A stretch of 64,000 bases of DNA from Yuukianura sp. NJ FZ-2021 (GCA_046563655.1 CM102286.1:7688001-7752000); one strand, 5' to 3'. Numbered from the stretch's first letter, positions 24,434 through 38,500 are shown. Notes: generated by a model not told the origin, from the sequence alone. Program-made: numbers and translations.

Positions 24434-25433
24434 GTCTAAATTGCAATGATCAGATGAAGTAGCCAGTTACATTCTTCTCACTGACAACTTGAATCGTTGT
24501 GTTATCAAGTGAAGTGTTATCAACGCCGATTAATTTACTAAAAATAAAAGTTAATTGATCCTGTTTGGAGTTTTCCTTTCCAATCATAACAAAATAATAG
24601 TATGAAAGTCCCGCCTCCGCTCGGCTACTTTAATGTGAGATTTTTGCGCAACCAATACTACTGCCATTCAATTAAACTCACTAAAAATTTAGTGAAGTTC
24701 AATAATTATTATAATTAAAGTTAATTTTGACGAATAAGATTTATTTCAGTACTTACTACCGAAATTAGATTACTGCATGTACATATGCTTCTTTGTATTG
24801 TTCCTAAACAGTCTAACTTGCCTTTATGGTAAGTTTGCGGTTCCAAGAAATACAGTAAAAAGGTTGTACGAAATGTACAATAAAAATATGACAAATTTTT
24901 TCAGTGTATTCTACAATTAATTTATTTCTTAAATCACAGATAACTTTGGTATTAATTTGTGCTTCGATGGTAAGTATAAATTCGAACATTAATGTCGCAA
25001 TCTCAGTGGGAACGCTTGTGAATGATGAACACTGGATTGTACACCGTGTACAGTACATGTAACAATAGTTTACGTAATCATCATTGGATTTTGGTTACAT
25101 TCGTTTTTGACACTACGTTTTAACTATTAACTAAGTCAATCTAATTTTACCCAGTAACTTAAGTGGGATTTTCAATATTATTAGTTAAATCACAGACTCG
25201 GTACAGGTAAATAGACAATGACCCCTTAAACGGTACTCTGTTAAATTACCGTTCTGGTTTGAAGTAAAAGGCTCAACTAAATTCTACAACGCTTTGGATA
25301 TTAAACGATTTGAGGAATTTAAAAAAGACTCAATAAATTACTAGGTTAAGGCGAAGGTATTAATACGTATTGGTGCTAAAAGTAATGAAATGCAGGTTAG
25401 TATGTTACGTCACGTAACTTCACGTGTTACGTG

Positions 25434-27909
25434 TTAAAAAAATAAATTATTAGTCGTACCGGTACGACTGCTTTTCCCTTTCTTGTTGCCGTTCAGCATT
25501 TGGTTTTTCTCATCAGCGATTAGTCGCCGGAAGTTGTCCAACTCGTAAATACTCTCCGAAATCCTAAACACAAAAAAAATTAACTTGTGAGACTATGCCA
25601 ATTAATCTTATTTATTAAGCAAATATAAATACCGTCCAAATGAATTCAAAAGTGCAACGATTTCATTTCGAGTGATATTTCCAATTCGCCTTTGATGAAA
25701 TGGCTCAGAAAATAAAATTTTCAGTGCCGTGCCAAGTCCTTTGATCTGAAAAGACAAAAAAAAGTTACATTTTACGCTATACCGACACACTGTCATTGTG
25801 TTATAAAACTACTACAAGTATTACTTGAAGCTTTCCCCACAACTTGCACTTCTGACATCCAACGCAATCCATAATTCTCGTGATATTTGTAAATCTTGTA
25901 TGAAACTCGGCCTTAAGCTTTGCAGCGTCCTTCCTGGAGAATAGAGCCGATTCTTCGAAGTGAGATGGAAACTTATCAATTACTTCAATAATGTCAGCAA
26001 TTGCCAAGGATAAATCTGCATCTTCCTCTGGATTTCCAGTGTAGAAATTGAATGTTCTCAGAAATGGAGATAATTTCCAAATGGCTTTCAATTCAAGGAG
26101 ATACAGAAAATAGAGGTTCTTCAGCCATGCTCCGCTTTGTCCTTGATTCAAGCTTCCATCAAAGTGTTGCCGAAATTCTGTCAAGTTTGGTCCCCATTGT
26201 TTTTCCGTTTGCTTGTTGTTCAAAAAGGCCAAGGACAAACCGTCTATAAATAAAAATCGATTAGTTCACATCCGATAATTTGGTAACCCGGCTAAGCTAT
26301 ATTATATTTAGCAAGTACAATTCAAACTCAAGCTGGTCTTATTACTCCTTGTCCTTACCCTTAATCAGGTATTTGGCACTGAGATGAATATTAATGCTCG
26401 CGTGTAACCCAGAAACGACACGATAGAACGTTCGTTTTTCAATACAGGATTCTAAAAAGTAGAAAATAAGGTCAAAACAATTCTGAAAATGTGAATATTG
26501 TGGAAAACTTACCATCCTGGCTTTCGTTTTCAAATGGAGCCATCAAACTTACTTCTGAACTCTGTCTGGAAAAGAAAACAAAATAATAAGGAACCCATGC
26601 ATTATGCATTTTGATAAATATTTCTTTTAGCTTAGCTTTTGAACTTACTTGAAGCAATTCTCCAGATAAATTGACTTCCAAATTCGATGTGCCGAAGGTC
26701 CACGATATCCAGTGAACCGTTCAGGATTTAAAAGTAAATCAACATATTGTAAATCTGAGTCCACACCATCCTCGCGCAACGTACAGAAATCGACCAAGGA
26801 TTCGTCGTGAAGTTTCCAGCGCTCAAATCCCTCTTGAGATTCCTCACTGCAGAAACAGAATTTACATTTGTATTACTTCTTTCGTTACATTATAGTCTTT
26901 GAAAATTAAATCAGCTTTAAACTTGCCTTAAAGTTGTGTTAATGAAACCCAAAGAATCTTCATCTCCGCAACTGTCTTGGGCCAGTTTCTAAAATTCAAG
27001 AATGTGATTTTTAAAGTAATTCCAGGTGATTAAAAATGTTCGAAGTATGGGAAGCAGTAAGCTCTCATGATGACTTAAATGTTATGGGAGAGTGATACCT
27101 TGGAATGTTCACGCTGTGGGTTGCTCATGCGTAATTTGTTACGCTGTCCTTTAAGACCAGAAGGAACTTCGTCCTTAGGAATATAAAGGTTAGAAACGTT
27201 CTTGCTTTTGCTCAGAAGATATTCATCATAGAATCATAGCATGTAAATACATACCTCACGACATTCTCTCACTTGACAAGCTTCAAGTGCACATTGACTG
27301 TCATCCGCCCAGAAGGGACACTCCGTCTGTAGGTTTACCTGTTAAGTTTCAAATCCAAACGTTTTATATGTGAAGCACTGTATGAAACTGGGGTGCTAAA
27401 TGTCCTGAAACTGCTTACTTGAAAGTATCTAAAGTAGTCCTTCGTCAACAAAGACCGCATACGTGGGAACACTTTGAAGTTATTGAAAGTGTCGACAGTA
27501 TCCACTTGACACGAGCAATCATCAATGGCTCCAGATAGCTAAAAATAATAAAAATCATGAAATCGTAACTAAAGAACCAATACATTAGAAAGGAATGTCG
27601 GGGTACCTTGCAGAAACATTGATCTTCCTCCGTCTTAGATTCAACTTTCCGAATTGGGACCGTTTCCGGCGGAGTTTTGATAACTTTAATCGTCGCATCA
27701 TCTTTTGGTACTACGTTTTCGAGCTGAATTCGCAAGTTTTGGGGCTCGAAGCTTCTTTCCATGTCAATGTCACGGCTACATGTCTGAATCTTGGTCGTCT
27801 TTGGTATACATAAGTTGTACCCAATACCAATTCCTAATCCTACTACTGAAATAACAACTAAGATTGACAGATTCGGAGACATATTACAGCGCAATCCTAA
27901 GAAACCCAT
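25434..27909 (-). CDS. Ero1L: ER oxidoreductin-1 (Ero1-like), multi-exon
   Basis: [77 protein letters not shown] (CxxCxxC), [22 protein letters not shown]. Confidence 0.93.
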
Positions 27910-29666
27910 ATCTTCAGTGTTAAAGAAATTGTACAGGCAAAATTCCCGATCTCGAATTTTAACAAAAGGAAGTTATGCAGTATTCTGCAGTGATAAATTG
28001 TTAATGCTATTGCACTACAAAGGTTAAGAACGACGTTATTGGCTATTATAACGAATTAATTGTAGTTGATCTTGCTCAGCAGCGAACCAACTCCCTAACT
28101 ACGAGCACAAGTATTCAATGCTAACTTGGCACCGCCTTATGAATGAGCACCGCCGGATGAAGTGAAAAAATTCGGTGGCGTTCGTGTTTGTTGGTTTTAT
28201 CGAGCCATCCAAGATTAATTCCGTGGTTCGAAGGTTATTGAAAGCGGCCGAGGCTCCCGAAGACACCAACTAAAAGACAGAGATGAAATGTTAGAATCAA
28301 AACAATAGCTAAAAGGATTACAATTTACAATTAGAATTTAACACTATAAAGAAATTAACCAAACTTAGGATTTAATGGCTTTGCGTCAAATTGACGATAA
28401 TTCTCAATCCATTTTGCATTAACACAATTTTCTACTTACGTCGATGTTGGCGGATTCAAGGTTAAGTTTTAATTGATTTTCAATACTTGTTTTAAGTGAT
28501 CTTACGCGATTAATTTGGAGAAGACGAAGTTCCAGTTGCAAAGTTGCAATGCAATAATTCCTAGAATGGAACACTGAAATGAAACGACTACTGTTAGAAC
28601 TATACAATGAAACTTCCGAAAACAGACTGACAGGTGTAATACAATTCAAATGGAATTACTACAGCTGTAGAGCAGAGATTGGATGCAGTTACCATGGCCT
28701 ACATGCAATTTTACATGCGGTTTCTCTCTTCCATGCCCCAAGTCCACTTCTTTTTCAAAGAAATCTCTTAAAGCTGACGTGTTTTAAGAGGGTCAGTCAA
28801 GTACTTTCACTTTTACTAGACTAAAGTTGGATTGCACCGTGACGCTGGATTGTGATTGTGAAGGTGAAAATGAGGCATAAATCTCGAACACCAATGTTTA
28901 TGTAAAAGGATTGAAAAAAACAGGACTGGCACTGGACGTCACGTTTTATGTCAGTCATGTAATTTGTTATTCTAATTCCTGAGGGAAAAAGCGTAACACT
29001 CAACTGAAAAATGCCATTATTGACTAGAAAGAGGCTCGTTTTGCGTTTTTCAAAACAATTTAAGAAGACAGCATCATGCTACTGGAATGGAATTTCTAGT
29101 ATGATTCCCCTCTCATTTTACATATCATGGCGTTCTTAAATTCGGAACTTTCCTAGCACTTTGGATTAGTAGATTACTTTACTGATGCTGTAGACTGTTT
29201 ACTGGTAGAGCTGTATAAGCTCTACGCGAACTGTAAAACTTGCACGCTTGACATCAATTTTTTATTAGAATAGATAATCTATTAGCTTTCACCGCCGCAT
29301 AATCGTTAAAGTTTTTCTTATTAACTACTGAAGAGAGAGGCATCCGGAAGGATGTTTTGATAGGAGACGACGCAAGTCAATTCCAAACACATTTGGCCGC
29401 CGCAGTCATTGTATTGTTTTCTGCAACAAAATTTTAACCTTGCAAACACGAGTCAAAATTCTCAACACTTGAGATAATGTTTGATGATAATCTATAAAAT
29501 TATCTTTAAAATTCTTTGCACTACATATTCTAGTAAAAATGATAGTTTTGGAAATACCCAAATATTGGTACTTGAGAACTGATTGATCAAAAAAGGTGTT
29601 GTTAGTTCACATTTTTTACCGAAAAATGTTAGTTTAGCAAACGTAGCTACAAAGTTAACGGTCGAA

Positions 29667-31979
29667 ATGAACAACTTTTTCGTTTGTTCCCTCATTTTCA
29701 TAGTTGTGCACTGGTGTACTTACGCTAATGGAAACATCAACCGACCTTTGACCTTAGAAGACATGGACAACTACATCTTTGTCAGAGGAATGTGGTTTTC
29801 CAAAGATGGAAAGGTTAGGCAACCGGAAGGCGCGAAACTTGTGACGCCTGCGCAGTGGTTCGAAGTCCAGTGCATGAGCCATGAAACCCCTGACGGTTGT
29901 AATGAAACATGGCGCCAGGTACTTTTACTTACAAACTACTTTGTGAAGTTTTGAAACTATTTTTTTTTTGTGTAATTTTAGCGCTACTGGGTGCTTGACG
30001 ACTACTATGTTGAGGGAGGTCCAGTATTTTTTCAGTTTGGTGGTGAAGGGCCTGCAGATTATTTGATTGACAATTACTACTGGCACAACTACGCCAAAGA
30101 GTACAGCGCCAAACTGATCGTCCTTGAACACCGTTTCTACGGATTCAGTTACCCAACGACGTGAGTTAGGCTAAAGTAGATGTTTCTTGTCTACCTTTCA
30201 AACCTTCAACCTTTCTTGTCTACAAGAAAGGTTGTAGAGGTCAATTGACCTCTACATTGACATTGAATTTTATAGACCATAAAAGTGACCTCTGACCTCA
30301 TACTTTCAGAATTTCTCAGTAAAGTTGTCATCGTTATCATTTCAGCAACAATTCGTTTGAAGATCTGCAACTACTGACGAGCCAACAAGCTTTAGCTGAT
30401 GCAGCATACTTCATCGACCTCTACGCAGCGGAACATGGGCTTGAGGTACTTCAAACAACGATTGACTGACCTTCACCTTAAATGTAACTCTTGTTTTAGA
30501 ATAATAAATGGGTGGCATTCGGAGGATCCTACGCTGGAAACCTGGCGGCTTGGTTTAAACAAAAGTACCCGACGCAAGTCACCACTGCAGTAGCGTCTTC
30601 GGGGCCACTCGAAGCCATATATGACTTTCCAGGTAAACCAGAAAAAAATTGCCGCAGACTAACCTCTGACCTTGCAACCATAATTTTACCATATAATCAC
30701 CAAATTCAAAATTTGTTAAGCGAAAGCTTTAAAACTTTGCTAAAACTTTTGAATTTAAATTTTCTAGGATACTTGGGAACTGTATCAGAGATTGTACAGG
30801 AACTGAACAGCGACTGTTTCACTCAAGTCTATGACGCTTTCTCCTGCATGGAGACGCTCACCAACGGCACAAGCTGCGGAAAATACACCGACCCAGATGA
30901 AATGCTTCCAGTGCTTCAGTAAGAACCCGGAAACAAAATATATGTTTGATTCATGTTTTTTATATTGGTGTATTTTCTACAGCCAGTGTTATGATGTGGT
31001 GTTTGAAGACCGGATCCAAAGAGAATCGTTTTACAACCAGCTTGGAATGGCATGGGGAGTCAATTGGCCCACGGACTTGATTAACTACTACTGCCAAGTT
31101 CTCAGTGACGCCGAAGGGACTGATGCATTGGAAGTGTACGGAGATTTTCTGCAAAAAACTGAACAGGGCAACTGCATCGACAGGCAACAACATTCCTCCG
31201 TCTTCCAAAAATCCAATGAGGTTCTGGAATTCATTCGAAGCGAAGAAGGCAGACTGGCAGGTTTGTGCCAAAATTTCTGAAAAAAAAAAACTATAAAACA
31301 AACTATAAAATGTTCCTTGTCATCACTAGTAATATTCCAATGTGTTACAGTATTTTTGAGTCCAAGTACGGTATGTTCTAGGTGCTGCTGGTTGGTTTTG
31401 GCAAACGTGCTATGAATTTGGGTACTACATGTCTTCTGATCCGGTACTCGGTCTCTATGGTTACGCCACATTCTCTGGAGATCCTTACGGTGTGTGGTGT
31501 ATCGATGAATACGGGTCACTGTAAGTGAATTTGAACAAATAATTTGTGTATAACATTTCAAATTATTTTAATCAATTACTTATAAATTGTTTGCTCTTAC
31601 CATAGGTTCACGAGAGAGTACATTGAAGAGCGTATCCAGTTTACAAATGATTTCTACAAGGGAAAAGGCATTGACTCCGAGTGCGTAATTTTTGTCAATG
31701 GAGGATGGGACCCTTGGCATCCGCAAGGAATCAATTCGCCCTCAGAAACTTCTTCAAACAACACAGTCGTTTACACCACACGTAAGACTACCAGTGACCT
31801 TTGACCTTGAACACGACCGTGACCTTACACAAGTTACCTTAAACATTTGTAACGTTTCAGAGGGAGGGCACTGCGACGACATGAATGACCCAACGACAGA
31901 GGAGATGGAAATTGCGCAAGCTCAAATCGCAAGACAAATTGGAATTTACTTCAACGACCCTTTGTGCAACAGAAACTGA
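29667..31979 (+). CDS. Secreted serine peptidase family S28 (PRSS16/PRCP/K12H4.7-like), multi-exon
   Basis: Signal-peptide-like N-terminus; GPVFFQFGGEG; LEHRFYGFSYP; LTSQQALADAAYFI; nucleophile motif FGGSYAGNLAAW; ASSGP; FVNGGWDPW; GGHCDDM. Confidence 0.9.
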
Positions 31980-32578
31980 ACCCTGTAATTCTCTAAAATC
32001 CAGAATACGACAAATCCAAGACCAAAAAAAAATTAAAAAGGCGAAGTCCGAGCAAGAATGTGGAGCATTCTTTTTGTTTAAAAATGGTGTCATTACTTTT
32101 CAATCTAACACATTAAGTTTTAAGTAAATTTTGAGAATGTAAATTTATTGAACCCCAGAATTCATAATTTCCTTCTTCCAGTTGTACTTTTTAAAGCTTT
32201 CAGAATTATCCAGTGACTAATTTCACTAACGAAGAGAAGAACTCTGGCAACCTCCGCTCTTTTACATAATAAGCCAGATTATTCAAAACGTAAAGCAATT
32301 TTTCAAATGTAAAAAGTAAATAATTTGAATAGATCCGATAGAGGTAGAGAGCAATTTTCTTAAGGGACTTGCTCGCATTGCAAGACTAAAAGTACAGTTT
32401 GGGTAGTATGATATCCTCTCAAATTATTATCATTCATTAGGTTGAGGTTGGCAAGTCAAACCGTTAACGACGGTCTGAGATTCTGGAAGAACATTGTTCG
32501 TTTGTAAGGTACCTCCGATTTTCTAGACTAGAAGCTAAAACTAGTTTCAATAAGTACTAATCATGACGATTATGTGCT

Positions 32579-35500
32579 TCACTCAATAGTGAGAATCAAA
32601 TCATCTCCCTCCAACTTTGTTCCGTTGCCAACATGAACTTTTGTGACTTTCCCGGAAATTGGAGCTTGGACAATCATTTCCATTTTCATTGCCGAAATCA
32701 CAACCAAAGGTTTTCCTGAATAGAAAATCAAACAATTTTAGTACAATTCATGTTTCCATTTGTAACTCGGTGAGCAACTGTAAGACAAGTTCGGATGCTT
32801 CGTTACCTTTCTCTACCGTTTCGCCTTCTTTCACGCGAATATCAATGACAGATCCCGGCATCGGAGCGCCAACGCTTCCTTTCACCGACTTGTCAGCTTT
32901 TGGATGAATATGCAGCTCCTGCAATATAACAACATTTTTAGTTGGCGGTAACTTAAAAAATGTTACACATGGAATCGAATGCCAACCAAAGGATAAGATT
33001 TTACCTTTGACGCTGATGCGTCAGCAACAAGCACGGAACGTAGTTGACCATTCATTTCAAAAAACACTTCTCGCTTCCCAGTGGGCGTAAGATCCTCTGC
33101 GACTGCGAGAGTTTTAATGTGAAGCGTCTTGCCCTTTTCAATTCTCACTTCAAATTCTTCTCCGGTTTTCGGTCCTATCAAAAACAGACACATGAAGACA
33201 GATATACTAAAATAATACATCGTTCTACAAAAGTTGACTCTTACCGGTTAAAAATATTCGGGTGCTGAAACAGACAAGAGAGAATTAAGTTCTTATAGCA
33301 TAATGGGTACATTTTTAAAGTAGCAAAAATACTTACTTTAACTTGTCCACAGGTCCATAAGTTGTTCGAAAACCAAGGAATTCTTCAGTAACCTTCGGGT
33401 ACATGGCATAGCTCATCACATCCACATCTCGAACCTTTCCAAACTTTTCAGTTAAATCTTCCTCTGCTTTCTTGAAGTTAAATGCCGGAATACTTTCTCC
33501 AGGTCTTCCGATGATTCCAGGTAGACCTTTCAAAATCTAAAAAAAACACAAATTAAATATTGTAATACTTACTAATTTACTTAATTATTAATCATCTTTT
33601 CGCATTGTTACAAAATATTGAGGTTCCAGACTTACTTTTGTTCTCAACGGCTCGGGAAATCCCTGATGTGGCTGCCCGATGTGTCCTTGCATAAATTCGA
33701 CGACAGATTTTGGAAAGCTTAAATCTTCAGCTTTCTCCTCCACATCCTTTGCTGTTAAGCCGTTTTGCACCATAAACTGAGCCAAGTCACCAACCACTTT
33801 AGAACTCGGGGTCACCTATTATGTTAACAAATACAGCAAGGAGAGTTATCATTTTCTAAGTTTATGCTAAACAGAGCAAAACCCTTACTTTGATTATGTC
33901 GCCAAGCAACAAATTGGCCTCACGATATGCAGCCTTGATTTCTTCAAAATGTTCAGCCAACCCAAGAGAGTATGCTTGGAACTGTAGATTGGTGTACTAA
34001 AGTTAAACAAAAAACAACAAATGTATCATTTACTGGACACAAGATTTTGGGATTAAAAAAAATAGACGCTGACTCACTTGTCCGCCCGGAATCTCGTTCA
34101 TGTAGACCTATTGGATTAATGCAATTTATAATTAAATTCTGTCAACGGTAAATATAATTTTTTTTCTTACATCTGCATTTCCAGACTTCATTGTAGTTGT
34201 ACATTCGAATGGCGCGTAGAGTAAACGGGTTTGCTCCCAATAGGCTGAATATTTACTAATGTCATGCAATTTCATTCCAGTATCGTATGGCGTCCCTTCC
34301 AATGATGCAACAAGTGCTCCCATCGACGGCTGAGATGTCCTGGAACAAAAAAAAAAGTTGTTTTGCATATTGATTTCTGAAGTATCAAGTGCCAAGTCCG
34401 ATCATTTTACATTCCACTCATCGAGTCTGCAGCACAATCCACTACGTCAGCACCAGCTCGAGCACCTACGCAAAATTTCATCGACATTGAGCAATCCTTT
34501 GTTGGTCGAATTTAGCATAAGTATTAGTACTCAACGTTACATTCAATCATGGAAGCAACTCCTGTCCCAGAAGTGTCATGAGTGTGAACATGGATTGGGA
34601 TATCAGGATGCTTATCGCGCAATGCCGTTATAAGCATTTTGGCAGAAGTCGGCTTAAGTAATCCCGCCATATCCTGTGGAAAAGAAAGAAAGCTTATTTT
34701 TCAAGTCCGGAACCCGGAAGGCTAATGAATAACAATCCTGGTGAAATTGTCGTCATACCTTTATGCAAAGTACATGAGCTCCAGCCTTCACAAGTTCATC
34801 TGCGAGGTTTGTGTAGTACTTGAGATCATACTTCTTCTTTGCAGGATTGGAAATATCACCAGAGTAGGAAATGGCTGCTTCGACAACTCCTCCAGCCTTG
34901 CCAACAGCCTCCATGCCCAGAATCAAATTCGGAAGATAATTGAGCGAATCAAAGATACGGAATATATCCATTCCGCACTGGACAGCAAGTTCACAAAACC
35001 TGCGGAATTTAGCATAATCGTTTGATAGACGTCATTACAGTCAGGATATACTTTTAAATTTTCGGTCGCGTGTCGCTTACTTGTAGACTACATCATCCGA
35101 ATAATTGGTATAACCAACAGCATTTGCACCGCGGAGAAGCATCTGAAACGGGATGTTTGGAATCTTCTTCCGCATTTCTTCTAGTCTTTCCCACGGGCAT
35201 TCGTGCAAGAATCTGATAAGCATAAGTGTTGAGGAATCAAGTGGAGATCCACTAATCTCCCTTCCTCCTTGTGTGACCTTCACTTCCGTTTAGTACACTT
35301 AGACTCTTATGGCTCTTCCGACTCCACTCATCTCCTTGAGAGAGGACGAAGTGTCAACCTCACTGGAGGTGACGTGGCCACTCTCAAGGACAATGAGTGG
35401 AGGCTGAATCGCCTCAAATCCTAGTTTAGTTTCAAGTTAAGTTTAAGTCTCGTTCCAGCACTCGCTGCAATAGCTTCTCTCTTTTTCGCTCACTTGAGCA

Positions 35501-38500
35501 ATAATTGTTTTCTAACAATAGTGGTCACTTGACCTATTACTGTTCTTAGTCTGACCCACTTGGGTCAAGTCTAGTTTTGTACGGAAGCGTAAAAGGGCCA
35601 ACTCGCTTCCCGATTACCTCCTCCATAAGCAATACATTGGAGCTGAACTGCGCGGTTCCCAGTACTCGGTGCGCGGTTCCCAGTACTCGGTGCGCGGTTC
35701 CCAGTACTCGGTGCGCGGTTCCCAGTACTCGGTGCGCGGTTCCCAGTACTCGGTGCGCGGTTCCCAGTACTCGGTACCCGCTTCCCAGTTCCCAGTACCC
35801 GGTGCGCGGTTCCCAGTACCCGGTGCGCGGTTCCCAGTACTCGGTACCCGCTTCCCAGTTCCCAGTACCCGGTGCGCGGTTCCCAGTACTCGGTGCGCGG
35901 TTCCCAGTACTCGGTGCGCGGTTCCCAGTACTCGGTACCCGCTTCCCAGTACTCAGTGCGCGGTGCGCGGTTCCCAGTACTCACTGCGCGATTCCCAGTA
36001 CTCGCTGCGCGGTTCCCAGTACCCGGTGCGCGGTTCCCAGTACTCGCTGCGCGATTCCCAGTACTCGGTACCCGCTTCCCAGTTCCCACTACCCGGTGCG
36101 CGGTTCCCAATTCTCACTACTCAGTACCTGGCCCTTTCTCGCTTCCCGCTTCCCAGTACTCAGTGCGCGCTTCCCAGTTCTCGCTTCCCACTACTCAGTG
36201 CGTGGTTCCCAGTTCTCGCTTCCCACTACTCAGTGCCTGGTCCTCGCTTCCCACTTCCCAGTACTCAGTGCGCGGTTCCCAGTTCTCGCTTCCCACTACT
36301 CAGTGCGCGGTCTCGGGTGGTCCTTTTTCTCCAAAAATCGTTATCTCCTTTTCGTTGTCCTTTGGAGCTTGAGCCTTCCTTTTTATCTACAAAAATGGCA
36401 ATTATGTAAATGAAGTACCGTGAGGATCCCAGTGTAGAAGACCCATGGCTGGTATTTATTACCAAAATGAGCGGAATTAAAAAATTACACTAATTTCAAC
36501 AAAAGTACCGTAATGCATCAAGAAAATTAAAACTAATATTAAAAATTAAAATAAAATGGGAATACTTCCATAAAAATTTAATACTTAACCTCTTCAACCT
36601 TAATAACGACTTTACTCGTATTTTGTTGGCGTGCTCAGGGGCCGGAATACGACTAAAGTCGTATTTTCTGTGCGTGCTCAGGGGCCTGAGTACGACTATT
36701 GTCGCATTCTTTTTTCGTTAAAAAAAACTATTTGTAAAATCTTATTGGCACGGATTCCTTTGAAAAATGAATTAAAAATCTTTTTATAAGAGGAAAATAT
36801 GGAAAAAATTGAAAAATCAAAATTTTTTAAATTTTGATGCGGTTTTTTTTTAAAAAAAAAAATTAAAAATTTTGACAACGTAAAAAGGTATTCCAACGTA
36901 ATTCGAATTTCTTGGGCAAAATTCAAATGATAAAGAATATTCAAATGGAGAAAGTGTATTCAAATTGAGAAAGTGTATTCTTGGACACATATTTCTTTTT
37001 TTTTACGCAAAAAAAATAATACATTTCTTGTTGTGATGTACTATAGGAAGTGGCACGTTCACAGTATACAATAGAATTAACTAAGTACTTCAAAAATAAA
37101 TTATATATGTTTATATATATGTTTAACAATTCCCATGAAGTATTCCCATTTTATTATAATTTTTAATATTAGTTTTAATTTTCTTGATGCATTACGGTAC
37201 TTTTGTTGAAATTAGTGTAATTTTTTAATTCCGCTCATTTTGGTAATTAATAACAGCCATGGGTCTTCTACACTGGGATCCTCACGGTACTTCATTTACA
37301 TAATTGCCAAAAAGAAAGGCTCAAGTTCCAAAGGACAACAAAAAGGAGATAACGATTTTTGGAGAAAAAGGACCACCCGAGATCGCGCACTGAGTAGTGG
37401 GAAGCGAGAACTGGGAACCGCGCACTGAGTACTGGGAAGTGGGAAGCGAGGACCAGGCACTGAGTAGTGGGAAGCGAGAACTGGGAACCACGCACTGAGT
37501 AGTGGGAAGCGAGAACTGGGAAGCGCGCACTGAGTACTGGGAAGCGGGAAGCGAGAAAGGGCCAGGTACTGAGTAGTGAGAATTGGGAACCGCGCACCGG
37601 GTACTGGGAACTGGGAAGCGGGTACCGAGTACTGGGAACCGCGCAGCGAGTACTGGGAACCGCGCACCGGGTACTGGGAACCGCGCAGCGAGTACTGGGA
37701 ACCGCGCAGTGAGTACTGGGAACCGCGCACTGAGTACTGGGAAGCGGGTACCGAGTACTGGGAACCGCGCACCGGGTACTGGGAACCGCGCACTGAGTAC
37801 TGGGAAGCGGGTACCGAGTACTGGGAACCGCGCACCGCGCACTGAGTACTGGGAAACGGGTACCGAGTACTGGGAACCGCGCACTGAGTACTGGGAAGCG
37901 GGTACCGAGTACTGGGAACCGCGCACTGAGTACTAGGAAGCGAGTACCGAGTACTGGGAACCGCGCACCGAGTACTGGGAACCGCGCACTGGGTATCGAG
38001 TACCGAGCACTGGGAAGTGGGAAGTGATTTGACCCTTTTAAGCTTCCGTAGTTTTGCCTTGTATTGTGTCCTCCTCCTTGGAAAGTGGCAACAATAAAGC
38101 AACTAAAAATCATCTACAGTTTTTTGCACATCACTACAATCATCCACCCATTTCATTGGCGCCCAACGCCGGGAACTCTCCCGAAACCACTTCAAAGGGT
38201 GTGTAAGTGTTTGTGACATCAACTAAAAGTTCGCCAACTGAAAAATGGCATCACGAAAGCAATCCACCAGCGGGTCAGGGACTTCTGAAGGTCAACTTCA
38301 AGAACCACCAGTGCTGTTCGAGTGGGCTCAGTTTGGACTCAAAGCGACCTTTGACCAGATTCAGGACTGCTACAACAAGGAGTTCAAGGACTGGAAGAAG
38401 GTAATGCCTGTTGATGTTCCTCTAAAAGAAATGTTAATCACCGATCTGAAGACGAAGTTTTCATCTTGGGAGAGGGAGGTTCTTCTGGCCATGTCAGTCA

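Larger units (their letters stand above)
35580..38050. mobile_element. Non-autonomous foldback DNA transposon (IS3EU-like termini) inserted in the 5' LTR
   Basis: Ends TACGGAAGCGTAAAAGGG / CCCTTTTAAGCTTCCGTA. 6-bp TSD GTTTTG (35574-35579, 38051-38056), present once at the matching site of the 3' LTR. ~0.9-1 kb inverted arms (35580-~36569, ~37137-38050). Confidence 0.9.

Noticed and set aside
35571..38113. Multiple long ORFs with RCAVPST / VRGSQYS / TEYWEPR periodicity
   Set aside because: Products of the stop-free 21-bp minisatellite read in several frames on both strands; no evidence of coding function.
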